A stretch of 64,000 bases of DNA from Halobacteriales archaeon QS_4_62_28 (GCA_003021685.1 PXRO01000006.1:6377-70376), one strand, 5' to 3'; positions 29,204 through 39,143 are shown, numbered from the stretch's first letter. Numbers and translations: made by a program. Notes: generated by a model from the letters alone, not told the origin.

Positions 29204-29890
29204 TCACTCACTCCAGTAGTACCACGGCGCGAGCGTCAGGTACGCGATGGCCGCAACGAGCAGCAGGCGTGGAAAGACTCGCTGTATCGCCGTCGGGTCG
29301 ACAATCGCCGCAGCCTGTACGAGGCCGAGTACGACCGCATCGCGGGCACGCAGTTTTGGATACGACACTGGCGCGATCATTAGCACCGAGAGGACGAGGC
29401 TTCCAGCGAGCAACACGGGCACTGGAGCGATACCGGCGAGATACGCGGCTGCGAGAATCGTCGCCGCCAGCGTGTTCTGGATGCCGGGACGCTGCTGGCC
29501 CTCGTCGACGTACACGGTATAGAACGCGGTTCTGAGGACAGAGAGGACGACGAACGCGGCCGGAACCAGGATCAGCACAGCCAGTGTCGTCGGCGTCGCC
29601 GCTGAGACGGGGCCGTACTGGTCCCGGGCGATGCCGAAGACGAACAGCGCGGGCGTCGCACCGAACGATACCACGTCGGTAATCGAATCCAGTAGCGGTC
29701 CGACCGCAGTGTTGCCGACGAACCGAGCAATGATGCCATCGAGCGCGTCAGCGATTGCCGCGAGCAGGATGAGCCGTGCAGCGAGGCCTGGGTCCGTGTA
29801 CGCGACGACGGCCGCAGCGAACCCGATGACGGCGTTGAGAAGTGTGACCGCGTCTGCCACCCCGAGTCGTCGCCGCACCTCCAGGCTCAT
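29204..29890 (-). CDS. pssA: Archaetidylserine synthase (CDP-alcohol phosphatidyltransferase)
   Basis: ADAVTLLNA, DALDG-IAR, G-LLDSITDVVSFG-TPA. Confidence 0.8.
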   Translation of the reverse strand: MSLEVRRRLGVADAVTLLNAVIGFAAAVVAYTDPGLAARLILLAAIADALDGIIARFVGNTAVGPLLDSITDVVSFGATPALFVFGIARDQYGPVSAATPTTLAVLILVPAAFVVLSVLRTAFYTVYVDEGQQRPGIQNTLAATILAAAYLAGIAPVPVLLAGSLVLSVLMIAPVSYPKLRARDAVVLGLVQAAAIVDPTAIQRVFPRLLLVAAIAYLTLAPWYYWSE

Positions 29891-30023
29891 ACTGGCACGT
29901 GTGGGAGGTGGTATATCAACGGTCCGATACGGGTTTGACGACCGTTCCCGACGGTCGTCCCAGAAGGCATATAGGCGTCGCACGGAACCAACGCACGAAC
30001 GCAGACTCCGGGCCATCCCAACC

Positions 30024-31241
30024 GTGAATCCGACAATCGCACTCGAATGTACTCTGTGCGGGCGCGTGTTCGTCCCCGATACCGAGAGACACGTCTGTCC
30101 CGACCACGACGGCGTCGGCGGCATTCTCGATGTCCAGTACGATCAGGCCGGGGCGCGAGACGCGGTTGTCGATCGCCTCGACGACCCGATTGCGGATCTC
30201 TGGGATCTCGCGCCACTTCTCCCGACAGACGGGAACGCCATCGACCTCGGTGCCGGCGGAACGCCACTCCTGTCAGCACCGACGCTCTCCGATCAACTCG
30301 GCGTCACCGTCCATCTCAAGGACGAACGGGGTAACCCGACCGGATCGATCAAGGACCGTGCCAGCGCCGTTCTGGCGAGTCGGGCACTGGCGAGCGACCA
30401 GTCGGTCATCACGTGCGCGTCGACGGGCAATGCCGCGGCGTCACTCGCTGGCTATGCCGCCAGAACGGGACTGGACTGCTGTATCTTCGTTCCGGCAGAC
30501 GTTCCAGAGGGCAAGGCCGTCCAGCCACTCGTCTACGGTGCCGACGTGTACGCGGTCGACGGTGACTACGACGACGCCTTCTCGCTGTGTCGGGCGGTGA
30601 GCGAACAACGGAACTGGTACGACTGCAGTGCAGCGGTCAACCCCTACGCCGTCGAGGGACTCCGGACTGTCGGGCACGAACTGGCCCGACAGACGCACGA
30701 AACCGTCCCGGACTGGGTGGTCTATCCGATGGGCAATGGCTGTGGTCTCGCGGCGACCTGGAAAGGGTTCGACGAGTTCGTAAACCTCGGTATCGTCGAT
30801 GATCGACCGCGGATGCTCGGCGTCCAGGCAGACGGTGCAAGCGCCATTCACGAGCAGTTCTCCCCGGACAGCGACGAGGCGACCGACCCGAACGCGACGA
30901 CGCAGGCCGACAGCATCGACGTTCGCAAACCGCACAACGCAAGGAAAGCCTGTCGGGCACTCGACGCGAGCGACGGCGCGACGGTTGCCGTTTCTGACGA
31001 CGAGATACTCGACGCGGAGCGAACGCTGGGTCGAACCGAGGGCGTATACGCCGAACCCGCCAGCGCGGCGACGCTTGCCGGTCTCCAGCGCGCCGTCGAC
31101 CAGGGACTCGTCGCGCCGGGTGACCATATCGTTCTCGTGGTGACTGGCACCGGACTCAAGGACACCGCGAGCGCGCGAACGCTCGTCGACGGCGTCGAAC
31201 ACGTCCCTCACTCCCCGGATGCCATTCCCGAACGGGAGTGA
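30024..31241 (+). CDS. thrC: Threonine synthase (PLP fold II)
   Basis: ECTLCG, GGTPL, NPTGSIKDR, ASTGNAAAS, PMGNG, EPASA, VTGTGLK; GTG 30024 start inferred. Confidence 0.85.
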   Translation: MNPTIALECTLCGRVFVPDTERHVCPDHDGVGGILDVQYDQAGARDAVVDRLDDPIADLWDLAPLLPTDGNAIDLGAGGTPLLSAPTLSDQLGVTVHLKDERGNPTGSIKDRASAVLASRALASDQSVITCASTGNAAASLAGYAARTGLDCCIFVPADVPEGKAVQPLVYGADVYAVDGDYDDAFSLCRAVSEQRNWYDCSAAVNPYAVEGLRTVGHELARQTHETVPDWVVYPMGNGCGLAATWKGFDEFVNLGIVDDRPRMLGVQADGASAIHEQFSPDSDEATDPNATTQADSIDVRKPHNARKACRALDASDGATVAVSDDEILDAERTLGRTEGVYAEPASAATLAGLQRAVDQGLVAPGDHIVLVVTGTGLKDTASARTLVDGVEHVPHSPDAIPERE

Positions 31242-31268
31242 TCACCCCGCTGATAGGGACGACGATCC

Positions 31269-31946
31269 CTACGACAGCGTCTGGTCGACGTAGAACCGGG
31301 CCACAGTCACGCCGGTCCCGACGACGAGCAAGAGGAGTTGCCACCCGGAGCGAGCGACCGGGAACACGCGGTCGACCGGTTCGTCGTCGGGGGCGTTCTG
31401 ATCGGGATCGGGATCGACGCCCGTACTGACGTTCACTTCTTCCGAGGACCCGCGTGCGACTGTCGTGGGTCCGTCAGTCTGCTGGCCCCCGGACTGCTCG
31501 CTGTTGAGGTCGACGAACGTCTGGACGAGGCCTCGCTGACTGGACAGTTCGACCTTGCCGTCGATAACGTAGAACTGATCGTGCAGTGGCCAGAGCGGAT
31601 TGGCCCCGCCCGCCGAAAACAGATCGAGGCCGATTGCCGAAGCGACGTACACGACGATGGTGACCCAGGTAATGCGAACGCCACGCCGGCCGTACCGCCG
31701 ACGGAGGACGGACGATTCACCCACGTACTGGTCGAGAGCGACGAAAGCAGCGGCCCCGAGTGGAATCAGGAGCGTGTGGAAGACGGTGCGATGGCCGACG
31801 ACCGAGACCAGTCCGATAAACGAATCCAGGTCGACAAATACTACCACACCGAACAAAACGAGGACGGACCGGCGGTCGAATGCCGTCCCCAGTAGCGCCG
31901 CGCCGATAAGACCGGCAAATGCCATGTGAACCACGGTCGAAGGCAT
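31269..31946 (-). CDS. Membrane-bound metal-dependent hydrolase (YdjM-like)
   Basis: MPSTVVH, DLD, HRTVFHTL, LD...G-NPLWP. Confidence 0.75.
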   Translation of the reverse strand: MPSTVVHMAFAGLIGAALLGTAFDRRSVLVLFGVVVFVDLDSFIGLVSVVGHRTVFHTLLIPLGAAAFVALDQYVGESSVLRRRYGRRGVRITWVTIVVYVASAIGLDLFSAGGANPLWPLHDQFYVIDGKVELSSQRGLVQTFVDLNSEQSGGQQTDGPTTVARGSSEEVNVSTGVDPDPDQNAPDDEPVDRVFPVARSGWQLLLLVVGTGVTVARFYVDQTLS

Positions 31947-32290
31947 ACCGAGTCATAGCACGCCAGTTGTGATATACTGTCGGTCGATTCGCCAGCAGCA
32001 ATCGAACAGACACTTCTGGAGCAGGATATCGATGCCCTGTTCATGTACGCTCGTCGGGAGCGAGTCTGTCGCTTTTTCGATCACGTGACACGGGCAGCAG
32101 CCGAGCGCGACGTACGTGGCGTCTACACCGTTGCCGGTGACGCTCTCGACGACGAGGCGTACGCCTCGCTCCAGCGGAGTGTCGACAGGACCGTCAGTCG
32201 TCAGTGACCACGTCGGGGATGTGTCTCGTCCTCGTACGAGCGTCAGACACTCTACAAACAATTAAGGTGCCGGCCGCCAAGCGGAGACGT

Positions 32291-32599
32291 ATGGATCGGG
32301 ACAGCGCTCCCCAGGAGATTACGACGCTCGTCGGTCGTGAAGTCTACTCGAACAAAGGGGTCTTCGTGGGCGAAGTCGAAGACATTCGCCTCGACCTCGA
32401 CAGGCAAGACGTGACCGGACTCGCACTCCACGAACTGAATCGTGAACTCTTCTCGACAGAGATCAACCAGGCACGGGGTGCCATCGTGCCATATCGCTGG
32501 GTACAGGCAGTCGGCGATGTCATCATCGTCAACGACATCGTCGAGCGGTTGCACACGGCAGACGATCAGGCCGACGAAGAAGACGAAGTGACCGCGTAA
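32291..32599 (+). CDS. PRC-barrel domain protein
   Basis: LVGREVYSNKGVFVGEVED, VPYRWVQAVGDVIIV. Confidence 0.85.
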   Translation: MDRDSAPQEITTLVGREVYSNKGVFVGEVEDIRLDLDRQDVTGLALHELNRELFSTEINQARGAIVPYRWVQAVGDVIIVNDIVERLHTADDQADEEDEVTA

Positions 32600-32607
32600 A
32601 CAAGAAC

Positions 32608-34062
32608 CTAATTTCCGTTCGAACTCTCGCTGCTGTCGACGCCCATCGCTTCGAACAACTTCGCTCTGACTGCTTGCTCCGTGAGTTCCAGCAGCGTCTC
32701 TCTGTTGTTCTCGCTCGTTTCGATGCCAGTGAAGATACCGAGCGGAATTTCGACACTGGCATCTGTCGAGTGGCCGGCGGTGTCGCCGATGCCGCCGAAG
32801 GCGTCGTCCAGCACCTTCCCGATGTTCATCCGGATGTCCTTCGAGCGAGCGGCCAGGTAGATCGTGTCGTCAGCAATCGCGAAGACGGCCGTCGTTGTGA
32901 TCCCTTCGAGGTTCAGGAGATGCTGGGCCGCCTGTGCGAGCGCGTCACGGTCACGGATGAACCCGGCATTAGAGACGAGGTGTGACCCCTTCACCTCGCG
33001 ACTTCGGATCGCTTCGGCGAGTACGTCGAGTGTCTCCGGGGACATCGACGGCGACTCGACCTGTTCGAGCGTGTCGTGGTCGGCAAACGGATAGAGGTAG
33101 GCCGCTGCAGTCAGGTCGGCCGGCGTCGTGTCTCGCTTGAAATCCAGTGTTTCGGCACGAATGCCGTACAGCAGTGCCGTCGCGACTTCCTGCTCGAGAC
33201 TCAGTTCGAGTTCCTGGATGTACTTCGTCAGGATCGTCGATGTCGCAGACACGTTCGGTCTGATGTCCTCGAACGTCGCGTCGTGCTCGTGGTCGTGCTC
33301 GTAGTGGTCGACAATGATGTCGACCTGGTCCATCGACGGTTCGCCGCCCTTCGCCGTGTCGACGAGTGCGAACGTGTCGTAGTCATCGAGTGAGACCTCG
33401 TCTCTGGAGACCAGCTCGATCCCGAGCAAGTTGACGAACGCGCGGTTTTCCTGGTGGCCGATCTCGCCCTCGTAGACGATGTCTGCTTCGATGTCCAGAC
33501 TCCCGGCGACAGTCCGGAGTGCGGCCGCCGATGCGATGGAGTCGGGGTCCGGTGATCGATTGACGAGAATCGCCATCCTGCGGTCCGTGTTCTCGATGAC
33601 ATCGGCCAACTGGCTGGCTTTGTACTCCAGTTCGCCCGTTTCGAGCGCGCGCAGCGCAGAATCGGCGATCACTGCGGAGGGATTGATGACCACGTCGGCA
33701 CCGGCCTGGCTCAACTCGTCGGCCGACACCGGATCGTCTGCACGGGCAACGATGAACTGGTTGCCGTCGCTCTCGCGGATGTTCGTCACCGCCTCCGCGT
33801 TCGCCGCCACGTCCGACGAGAGAATGAGCACGACATCCCGGTCGCCCAGTGCCTCTGTGATCTCTCTGTCAGCGATATCGCCGACCTGAGCGTTCAGGTC
33901 CTGATCCCGCAACGCCTCGACACGACCCTCGTCTTGATCGAGGATCAACACGTCCTTCCCTTCGCCCACCAGCTCCTCCGCGACTGCATGGCCTACACTT
34001 CCACACCCGAGGATAGCATACTTCGACATAGAGGCCATGGTAATGCCGCTCACTGTACTCAT
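32608..34062 (-). CDS. TrkA_N + DHH family phosphoesterase-like protein
   Basis: ILGCGSVG NAD-binding domain, PDPDSIASA, VDHY, AGH. Confidence 0.85.
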   Translation of the reverse strand: MSTVSGITMASMSKYAILGCGSVGHAVAEELVGEGKDVLILDQDEGRVEALRDQDLNAQVGDIADREITEALGDRDVVLILSSDVAANAEAVTNIRESDGNQFIVARADDPVSADELSQAGADVVINPSAVIADSALRALETGELEYKASQLADVIENTDRRMAILVNRSPDPDSIASAAALRTVAGSLDIEADIVYEGEIGHQENRAFVNLLGIELVSRDEVSLDDYDTFALVDTAKGGEPSMDQVDIIVDHYEHDHEHDATFEDIRPNVSATSTILTKYIQELELSLEQEVATALLYGIRAETLDFKRDTTPADLTAAAYLYPFADHDTLEQVESPSMSPETLDVLAEAIRSREVKGSHLVSNAGFIRDRDALAQAAQHLLNLEGITTTAVFAIADDTIYLAARSKDIRMNIGKVLDDAFGGIGDTAGHSTDASVEIPLGIFTGIETSENNRETLLELTEQAVRAKLFEAMGVDSSESSNGN

Positions 34063-34185
34063 TGGTATATCTACCCGGTTGGGTCGGAGCCTCTTATATC
34101 AACTGACTTCACGAACGACGGTCCCCTGCACGGGGATTCCGAAAGGAAACCTATTTTACCAGCCCTCCTAAGGTTTGCATGCACT

Positions 34186-34259
34186 GGGCCGGTAGCTCAG
34201 TCTGGCAGAGCGACGGCCTCTTAAGCCGTCGGTCGAGGGTTCAAATCCCTTCCGGCCCG
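34186..34259 (+). tRNA. tRNA-Lys (anticodon CTT)
   Basis: Acceptor GGGCCGG/CCGGCCC, D arm GCTC..GAGC, anticodon arm ACGGC-CT CTT AA-GCCGT, T arm GAGGG TTCAAAT CCCTT. Confidence 0.97.
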
Positions 34260-34405
34260 CTTCTGCGAGGAACAAACGTGACGAGCGAAGCAGTTACAAA
34301 GGGATTTGAACCCTGGAAGTCGCACGCAACGAAGTGAGCACGTCTTCCTTCGGTTCAAATCCCTTCCGGCCCGCTTTCCTACGAACAACGTGAGCAGTGA
34401 AAGCG
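34260..34405. repeat. tRNA-linked repeat with an inverted and a direct copy of the tRNA 3' arm
   Basis: AAGGGATTTGAACCCT (34299-34314) is the reverse complement of the T arm; GGTTCAAATCCCTTCCGGCCCGCTT (34352-34376) duplicates 34238-34262. Confidence 0.85.
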
Positions 34406-34464
34406 TTCGAAGCATGTGAACCGGGGAGGCGTCGCTCCGACCGTGGTCGGTCGACCGCTGGCCA

Positions 34465-34899
34465 TCACAGTTGCTTGATCATCTCGACGTGTGGGATGCC
34501 GGCTTCCTCGAATACGTCGCTGACCGTTTCGTAGCCCAGACGCTCGTAGAACCCTTCGACGTGGGTCTGTGCGTGGAGTTCGAGGCGTTCGAGGCTGCGG
34601 TCGCCGGCCAGCAACTCGATCCTGTCCATGACCTGGCGACCGATCCCCGAATCGCGGTAGTCGGCGAGGACGGCGACTCGTTCGATTTTCCCGATCGTTT
34701 CGTCGATGACTCGCAGTCGGGCCGTCGCAACCGGTTTGCCATCCTTGCGGGCCAGAACGTGGTCGGCATCCGGATCCTTGCCGTCGATTTCGATTGCCTC
34801 GTCGACACCTTGCTCTTCGACGAACACGTCGCGCCGGACTTCGAAGGCGGGTTCCAGATCGGCGTCGTCTGGCAGTACGACGACCGTCGCGTCTGTCAT
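34465..34899 (-). CDS. GNAT acetyltransferase (ElaA-like)
   Basis: VRRDVFVEEQ, ERVAV..YR.SGIG, LHAQ..VEGFYERLGY, F-EAGIPHVEM. Confidence 0.9.
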   Translation of the reverse strand: MTDATVVVLPDDADLEPAFEVRRDVFVEEQGVDEAIEIDGKDPDADHVLARKDGKPVATARLRVIDETIGKIERVAVLADYRDSGIGRQVMDRIELLAGDRSLERLELHAQTHVEGFYERLGYETVSDVFEEAGIPHVEMIKQL

Positions 34900-35156
34900 A
34901 CCGTATCACAGTCGCCACGTGGTCAAAACCGCTTGGGCGCGGGCAGCTATAGTGGCATCTGCACGTCTTCACTCACCTGATCGCACGACCGCGTGCGACC
35001 GGATGAGCAATCGGTTGCAAAAGCTACGATAGACCAGTGGTTCGACAGCCAGATGCTTCCAGCGGGATCTTCCTGTCGAATGACTGTTTGCTACAGGCGA
35101 AGCGTCTCTCGGTAGCCAAGCCAATGATATATCTGCGAGCACTGCAAAGCGCGGGC

Positions 35157-35366
35157 ATGGCTGATTACACCACTGTTTCCATCCCGAAAGACCTGGCTGA
35201 TCGCGTCGAAGAAACCATCGAAGGGACGAGTTTCTCCTCGACGAGCGACCTCGTTCGCTTCATGCTCCGCAGCATCGTCATCCAGCACCAGCAAAGCGGC
35301 GAACTGACCGAGGCGGAGTTCCAGGATATCACCGAACAGTTGCAGGACCTCGGCTATATCGAGTGA
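35157..35366 (+). CDS. Ribbon-helix-helix (CopG-like) small regulator
   Basis: YTTVSIPKDLADRV..GTSFSSTSDLVRF..L-DLGY. Confidence 0.85.
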   Translation: MADYTTVSIPKDLADRVEETIEGTSFSSTSDLVRFMLRSIVIQHQQSGELTEAEFQDITEQLQDLGYIE

Positions 35367-35777
35367 TCAATCGAGCACTTCTTCGGGGGGTTCGGCGTCG
35401 ATGATCGTCAGTTCCTGCTCGACACCGCGGCGGTCGAAGGCACCGATTGACTCTTCGTCCCACGGCGGGATTGCGACGAAGATGACTTCGTGCAGGTCGT
35501 CTTCTTCCGTGACGGTCATCCGACCGGTCGGATGTGAGACGAAGCGACCGTCGGACTGGGCGACGGGTGTCCCGAGGTCGTAGCCAAACACCGCGCTGAC
35601 GGAGTTTCCGGCACTCGGCAGATAGAAATGGGTAAACACCTGTGTTCCGGGGTCGAGTCCCGTCTCGGAGAGTTCCCCTGCAGGCGTGGTTGCGATGGAG
35701 ATCGTCACGTCTTCCGGATCGGCGTCGCTAGCGAGACGCAACAGCGTTTCGACCAGTCCACGTGTCGCATGAATCAC
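35367..35777 (-). CDS. Conserved hypothetical protein (possible JAB/MPN-like fold)
   Basis: TRGL..LLRLA..DP, FTHFYLP, FVSHPTG..DD, FDRRG; GTG start inferred. Confidence 0.6.
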   Translation of the reverse strand: MIHATRGLVETLLRLASDADPEDVTISIATTPAGELSETGLDPGTQVFTHFYLPSAGNSVSAVFGYDLGTPVAQSDGRFVSHPTGRMTVTEEDDLHEVIFVAIPPWDEESIGAFDRRGVEQELTIIDAEPPEEVLD

Positions 35778-35829
35778 ACTTGCACTTTGGTGTCGACCAG
35801 TATAATGGCATCGCCGGTGTGGCCATCGC

Positions 35830-36510
35830 CTACCCGAGCAGGAAATCGCGGGCCGTTTTGACGTAGAGGGCGGGTGTCCGTGCCCGGGACCCATCGATGG
35901 CGTCGTGGAGGGCCTCGGCCGCGTCCTCGTGGATTCCGTCCCCGTGGCTCACGAGAATCCGCTCGGGCGAGAGGCGGTCGAGACGGCGTGGCGGCAGGAG
36001 TCGTAACATCGGATGAACGCCGAGTCGCTCGGTGCTGGTCAGGAAATACGGCGATGTGCCGACTGATTCGGGAACGATCAGGGTACCGGTATCCTCTCCG
36101 TAGAGTGCTGCTTCCTTCCAGAAGCTGTTGTTCTTGATTTCGTGGACACCGTAGCCGGTATTCCCTAGTTCCGTCCGGGCCTGTTCGACCGGTGCATCGA
36201 GGTCGTCGGGGACGCTCTGCATGAAGTGGGGCACATGAACCGACACCCCGTGACGGTTCGCGATGGTCACCGAATCGCGCTTGTGGCGGTCCAGCAGTAC
36301 GACGACGCCGGCTACCTCGCCGAACTCCGCCAGCAGGTCGTCGAGGCCGTCGAAATCGACCGGGTCGACGACCCAGACAGCGCCGTCGACTTCGATTGCG
36401 TGGCTCGCTCGCTGCATCGTCTCGTCTGGATACGCGATCCAGCCGACACCGTGTTCCCAGCGGTCGATTTCGCGCCACTTCGTCGCCGCTCCGGAGGCTT
36501 TCATCGGCAT
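35830..36510 (-). CDS. Metallo-beta-lactamase-fold-like hypothetical protein
   Basis: WVVDP, LDRHKRD, ILVSHG. Confidence 0.65.
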   Translation of the reverse strand: MPMKASGAATKWREIDRWEHGVGWIAYPDETMQRASHAIEVDGAVWVVDPVDFDGLDDLLAEFGEVAGVVVLLDRHKRDSVTIANRHGVSVHVPHFMQSVPDDLDAPVEQARTELGNTGYGVHEIKNNSFWKEAALYGEDTGTLIVPESVGTSPYFLTSTERLGVHPMLRLLPPRRLDRLSPERILVSHGDGIHEDAAEALHDAIDGSRARTPALYVKTARDFLLG

Positions 36511-36624
36511 GGGTGTACTTAGTGCTTGAGCCGGATAAAACAGCGAGAACGGGCAAGCCGTCGGCGGTTATTGTTCAGATTACCGAAGCAAACTCTTTGA
36601 TTGTATTGTGTGAACAGCCAGAGT

Positions 36625-37305
36625 ATGCTCGGCGGCGCTCGATGGCTTACCTTGGAAGTGAAGTACCTCGACCGTGCCCGGTCGTTCTACGAGTCGGCGC
36701 TGGATCTCTCGGTTGCCAGCACGTCCGAGAACCGTGTCGCGTTCGAGGTCGGGAACGGCGAACTCCGGTTACAGGCACCCGGTCGGGTCCCGCGCGGCGG
36801 CCTCCACACTCATTATGCCATGACTGTCTCGCGGTCGTCGTACGACGACTGGTACGACCGGTTGGCCGACCGGTTCGACCTCCGGGAACACCAGTTTGGC
36901 GACACTCGATCACTGTACTGCTACGATACCGAGGGCAACTGCGTCGAACTCGGGGAGCGCGAGCGCCGGGGGTCGGCGGTCGGTGACATCTTCGAAATCG
37001 TCCTCGAAGTCGAGGACCTGCCCTCGGCCGTCGCCTTCTATGAGCGCCTCGGGTTCGACGTGGTCGACAGGGGCGCGAACCGAAAGCGGGTCCGGCTGAC
37101 GACCGGCGAGGTCGATATCGAACTCTGGGAACCACATCTCGGTCTCGCCGACGCTCGCGGCGGCGTCCACGTCGACTGGGCCATCGCGGCGCGGGATCCG
37201 TCGGCGGTCTCAGACCGCGTCGCTGCCGATGCGCTGAACATCGAAGAGACTGCCGCTGGCGTGCGAATCCGTGACCCCGACGGGCACTCCCTGACACTCG
37301 CGTAG
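36625..37305 (+). CDS. VOC/glyoxalase family protein (two domains)
   Basis: Repeated LEV..L..A..FYE, RGG-H, DTEGN/DPDGH. Confidence 0.85.
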   Translation: MLGGARWLTLEVKYLDRARSFYESALDLSVASTSENRVAFEVGNGELRLQAPGRVPRGGLHTHYAMTVSRSSYDDWYDRLADRFDLREHQFGDTRSLYCYDTEGNCVELGERERRGSAVGDIFEIVLEVEDLPSAVAFYERLGFDVVDRGANRKRVRLTTGEVDIELWEPHLGLADARGGVHVDWAIAARDPSAVSDRVAADALNIEETAAGVRIRDPDGHSLTLA

Positions 37306-37332
37306 CGTCGCTGTTCGCCCGCGCTCGGTCCG

Positions 37333-37632
37333 TTACCCGAGTCGGTTCGTGTCGATTTCGATACCCGGTGGAGTGACGATCAGGAACCCACGGAAGTGCA
37401 TCAGTTCGCCGCCCGATTCTTTGATGTCGCGCGCGAACCCGGCCGCAAGTTCGTTCAGGTCGCCCTCGACGTTCAGGACGAGGACGGCACCGCTCTGAAC
37501 GGTTTCGAGCCACTCGTCTGGGCCGGTTTCGCCGTCGAGCACGCCGAGGACGATTCGACTTCCTGTGCCCGGGTCGTCGTCGTTCATCTGGTCTTCGACT
37601 GCCTGCAGGTCCAGTCCCTCGAAATCAGTCAT
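37333..37632 (-). CDS. Conserved haloarchaeal small protein (SepF-like C-terminal pattern)
   Basis: IVLGVLDG, L-VEGDLNELA-GFA, LMHFRGFLIVTPPG. Confidence 0.65.
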   Translation of the reverse strand: MTDFEGLDLQAVEDQMNDDDPGTGSRIVLGVLDGETGPDEWLETVQSGAVLVLNVEGDLNELAAGFARDIKESGGELMHFRGFLIVTPPGIEIDTNRLG

Positions 37633-37884
37633 ACCACACCTCTCGTCGGCAAGCGAAAAAAATCCTCCTGTCTGCTCTCTTTTCGGTTGCACACTGTCCG
37701 TCGCCGACGGTACGCCGTATACGTGCTGCAACTGTCCGACGCCCCGGGGCCAGTGTACCTGTCGAGCGTATATCACTCTTTCTGGCGACCATGACATAAC
37801 GACTCACGAATCCGTTGCAGTCTGGTGGTTTCGGCTCAGTAGATTCCAGTCAGTGACGTATCACTCCCGAGATGCATGGATAGG

Positions 37885-37892
37885 TTTATATG
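37885..37892 (+). promoter_or_regulatory. TATA box of the leuA transcript
   Basis: TTTATATG at -34..-27 from ATG 37919, the same spacing as other leaderless genes in the window. Confidence 0.7.
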
Positions 37893-37918
37893 GTCGGAGT
37901 GTCCTGTTTCAGTCGAGT

Positions 37919-37996
37919 ATGTCCAACAACACAGAGGGCACGTCGGATTCTCCGGCGGATCGAGTTCTTCCAGGGTACACTGGATTCCACTTCTGA
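37919..37996 (+). other. Leaderless 25-codon ORF overlapping leuA out of frame (candidate true N-terminus via +1 frameshift)
   Basis: MSNNTEGTSDSPADRVLPGYTGFHF*; single Leu codon CTT at 37967. Confidence 0.6.
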
Positions 37997-39143
37997 GATC
38001 ACAGAAGCACGCATTTTCGATACGACGCTCCGTGACGGTGAGCAATCGCCACGGACGTCGTTTAGCTACGAAGACAAACGAGAGATCGCAGCGGTTCTGG
38101 ACGATATGGGCACCCACGTCATCGAGGCCGGGTTCCCGGTCAACTCCGATGCGGAGTTCGAGGCCGTCCGGGACATCGCCGAAGCCAGTTCGGTGACGGT
38201 CTGTGGGCTGGCACGCGTCGTCGAGACGGACATCGAGGCCGCGCTCGATTCGGGCGTGGACCTGGTACACACGTTCGTCTCGACCAGCGACATTCAGCTA
38301 CAGGACTCGATGCACGCGACCCGTGACGAAGCCTTACAAAGCGCCGTCGACGCCGTCGAGCGCATCACGGAAGCCGGTGTCGAGTGCATGTTCTCGCCGA
38401 TGGACGCCACGCGAACCGACGAGGCCTTCCTCGTCGACGTGATCGAGGCCGTCTCGGCGGCGGGTACCGACTGGATCAACATTCCGGACACCTGTGGTGT
38501 CGCGACGCCACGTCGGTTCTACGACCTCATCGAGATGGTCGACGCACAGACCGACGCTCGAATCGACGTGCACACGCACGACGACTTCGGGCTTGCCTCG
38601 GCCAACGCGATTTCCGGCTACGAGGCAGGCGCAGCACAGTCACAGGTCAGTGTCAACGGGATCGGCGAACGCGCCGGCAACGCGGCCTACGAAGAGGTCG
38701 TGATGGCACTGGAGAGCCTGTACGATGTCGATACGGGAATCGACGCCACGCGCATCACCGAACTCTCGGCGATCATCGAAGAGAAGTCGGGCATCGACGT
38801 GCCCGCGAACAAGCCGGTGGTGGGTGCGAACGCGTTCTCCCACGAGAGCGGGATCCACGCCGCGGGCGTCATCGAGAACTCCGATACGTTCGAGCCTGGA
38901 GTGATGACCCCCGAGATGGTCGGGGCAAAACGCCAACTCGTGCTGGGCAAGCACACTGGTCAACACTCCGTCCGTGAGCGACTCGTCGATGCGGGCTACG
39001 ATCCATCTGACGAACACGTCAGGGAGGTCACTCGCCGGGTCAAGGACTACGGGGCCGAGAAGAAGCGCGTCACGATGACGGAGCTACAGCGCTTCGCCGA
39101 CGACGTGGGCGTCCCAGAGGCCGAAGAGGAGGTCCGCGTCTAG
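37919..39143 (+). CDS. leuA: 2-isopropylmalate synthase family (LeuA); start problematic, see findings
   Basis: IFDTTLRDGEQ, IEAGFP, INIPDTCG, HTHDDFG, GIGERAGN, HESGIH, LGKHTG; lacks the C-terminal regulatory domain of long LeuA; coding frame is that of 37890..39143. Confidence 0.9.

Noticed and set aside
31953-32261. Cys-rich 102-aa minus-strand ORF
   Set aside because: No recognisable motif, TTG start overlapping the PRC-barrel promoter region; cannot be supported, though a remnant is possible.
34352-34376. attR of an integrated prophage or island at tRNA-Lys
   Set aside because: The duplicate is only 114 bp from the tRNA copy, with no integrase or cargo between.
37890-37918. ORF-track start for leuA (MVGVSCFS...)
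   Set aside because: ATG is part of the TATA-like box and the extension is basic/Cys-containing, unlike a halophilic protein.
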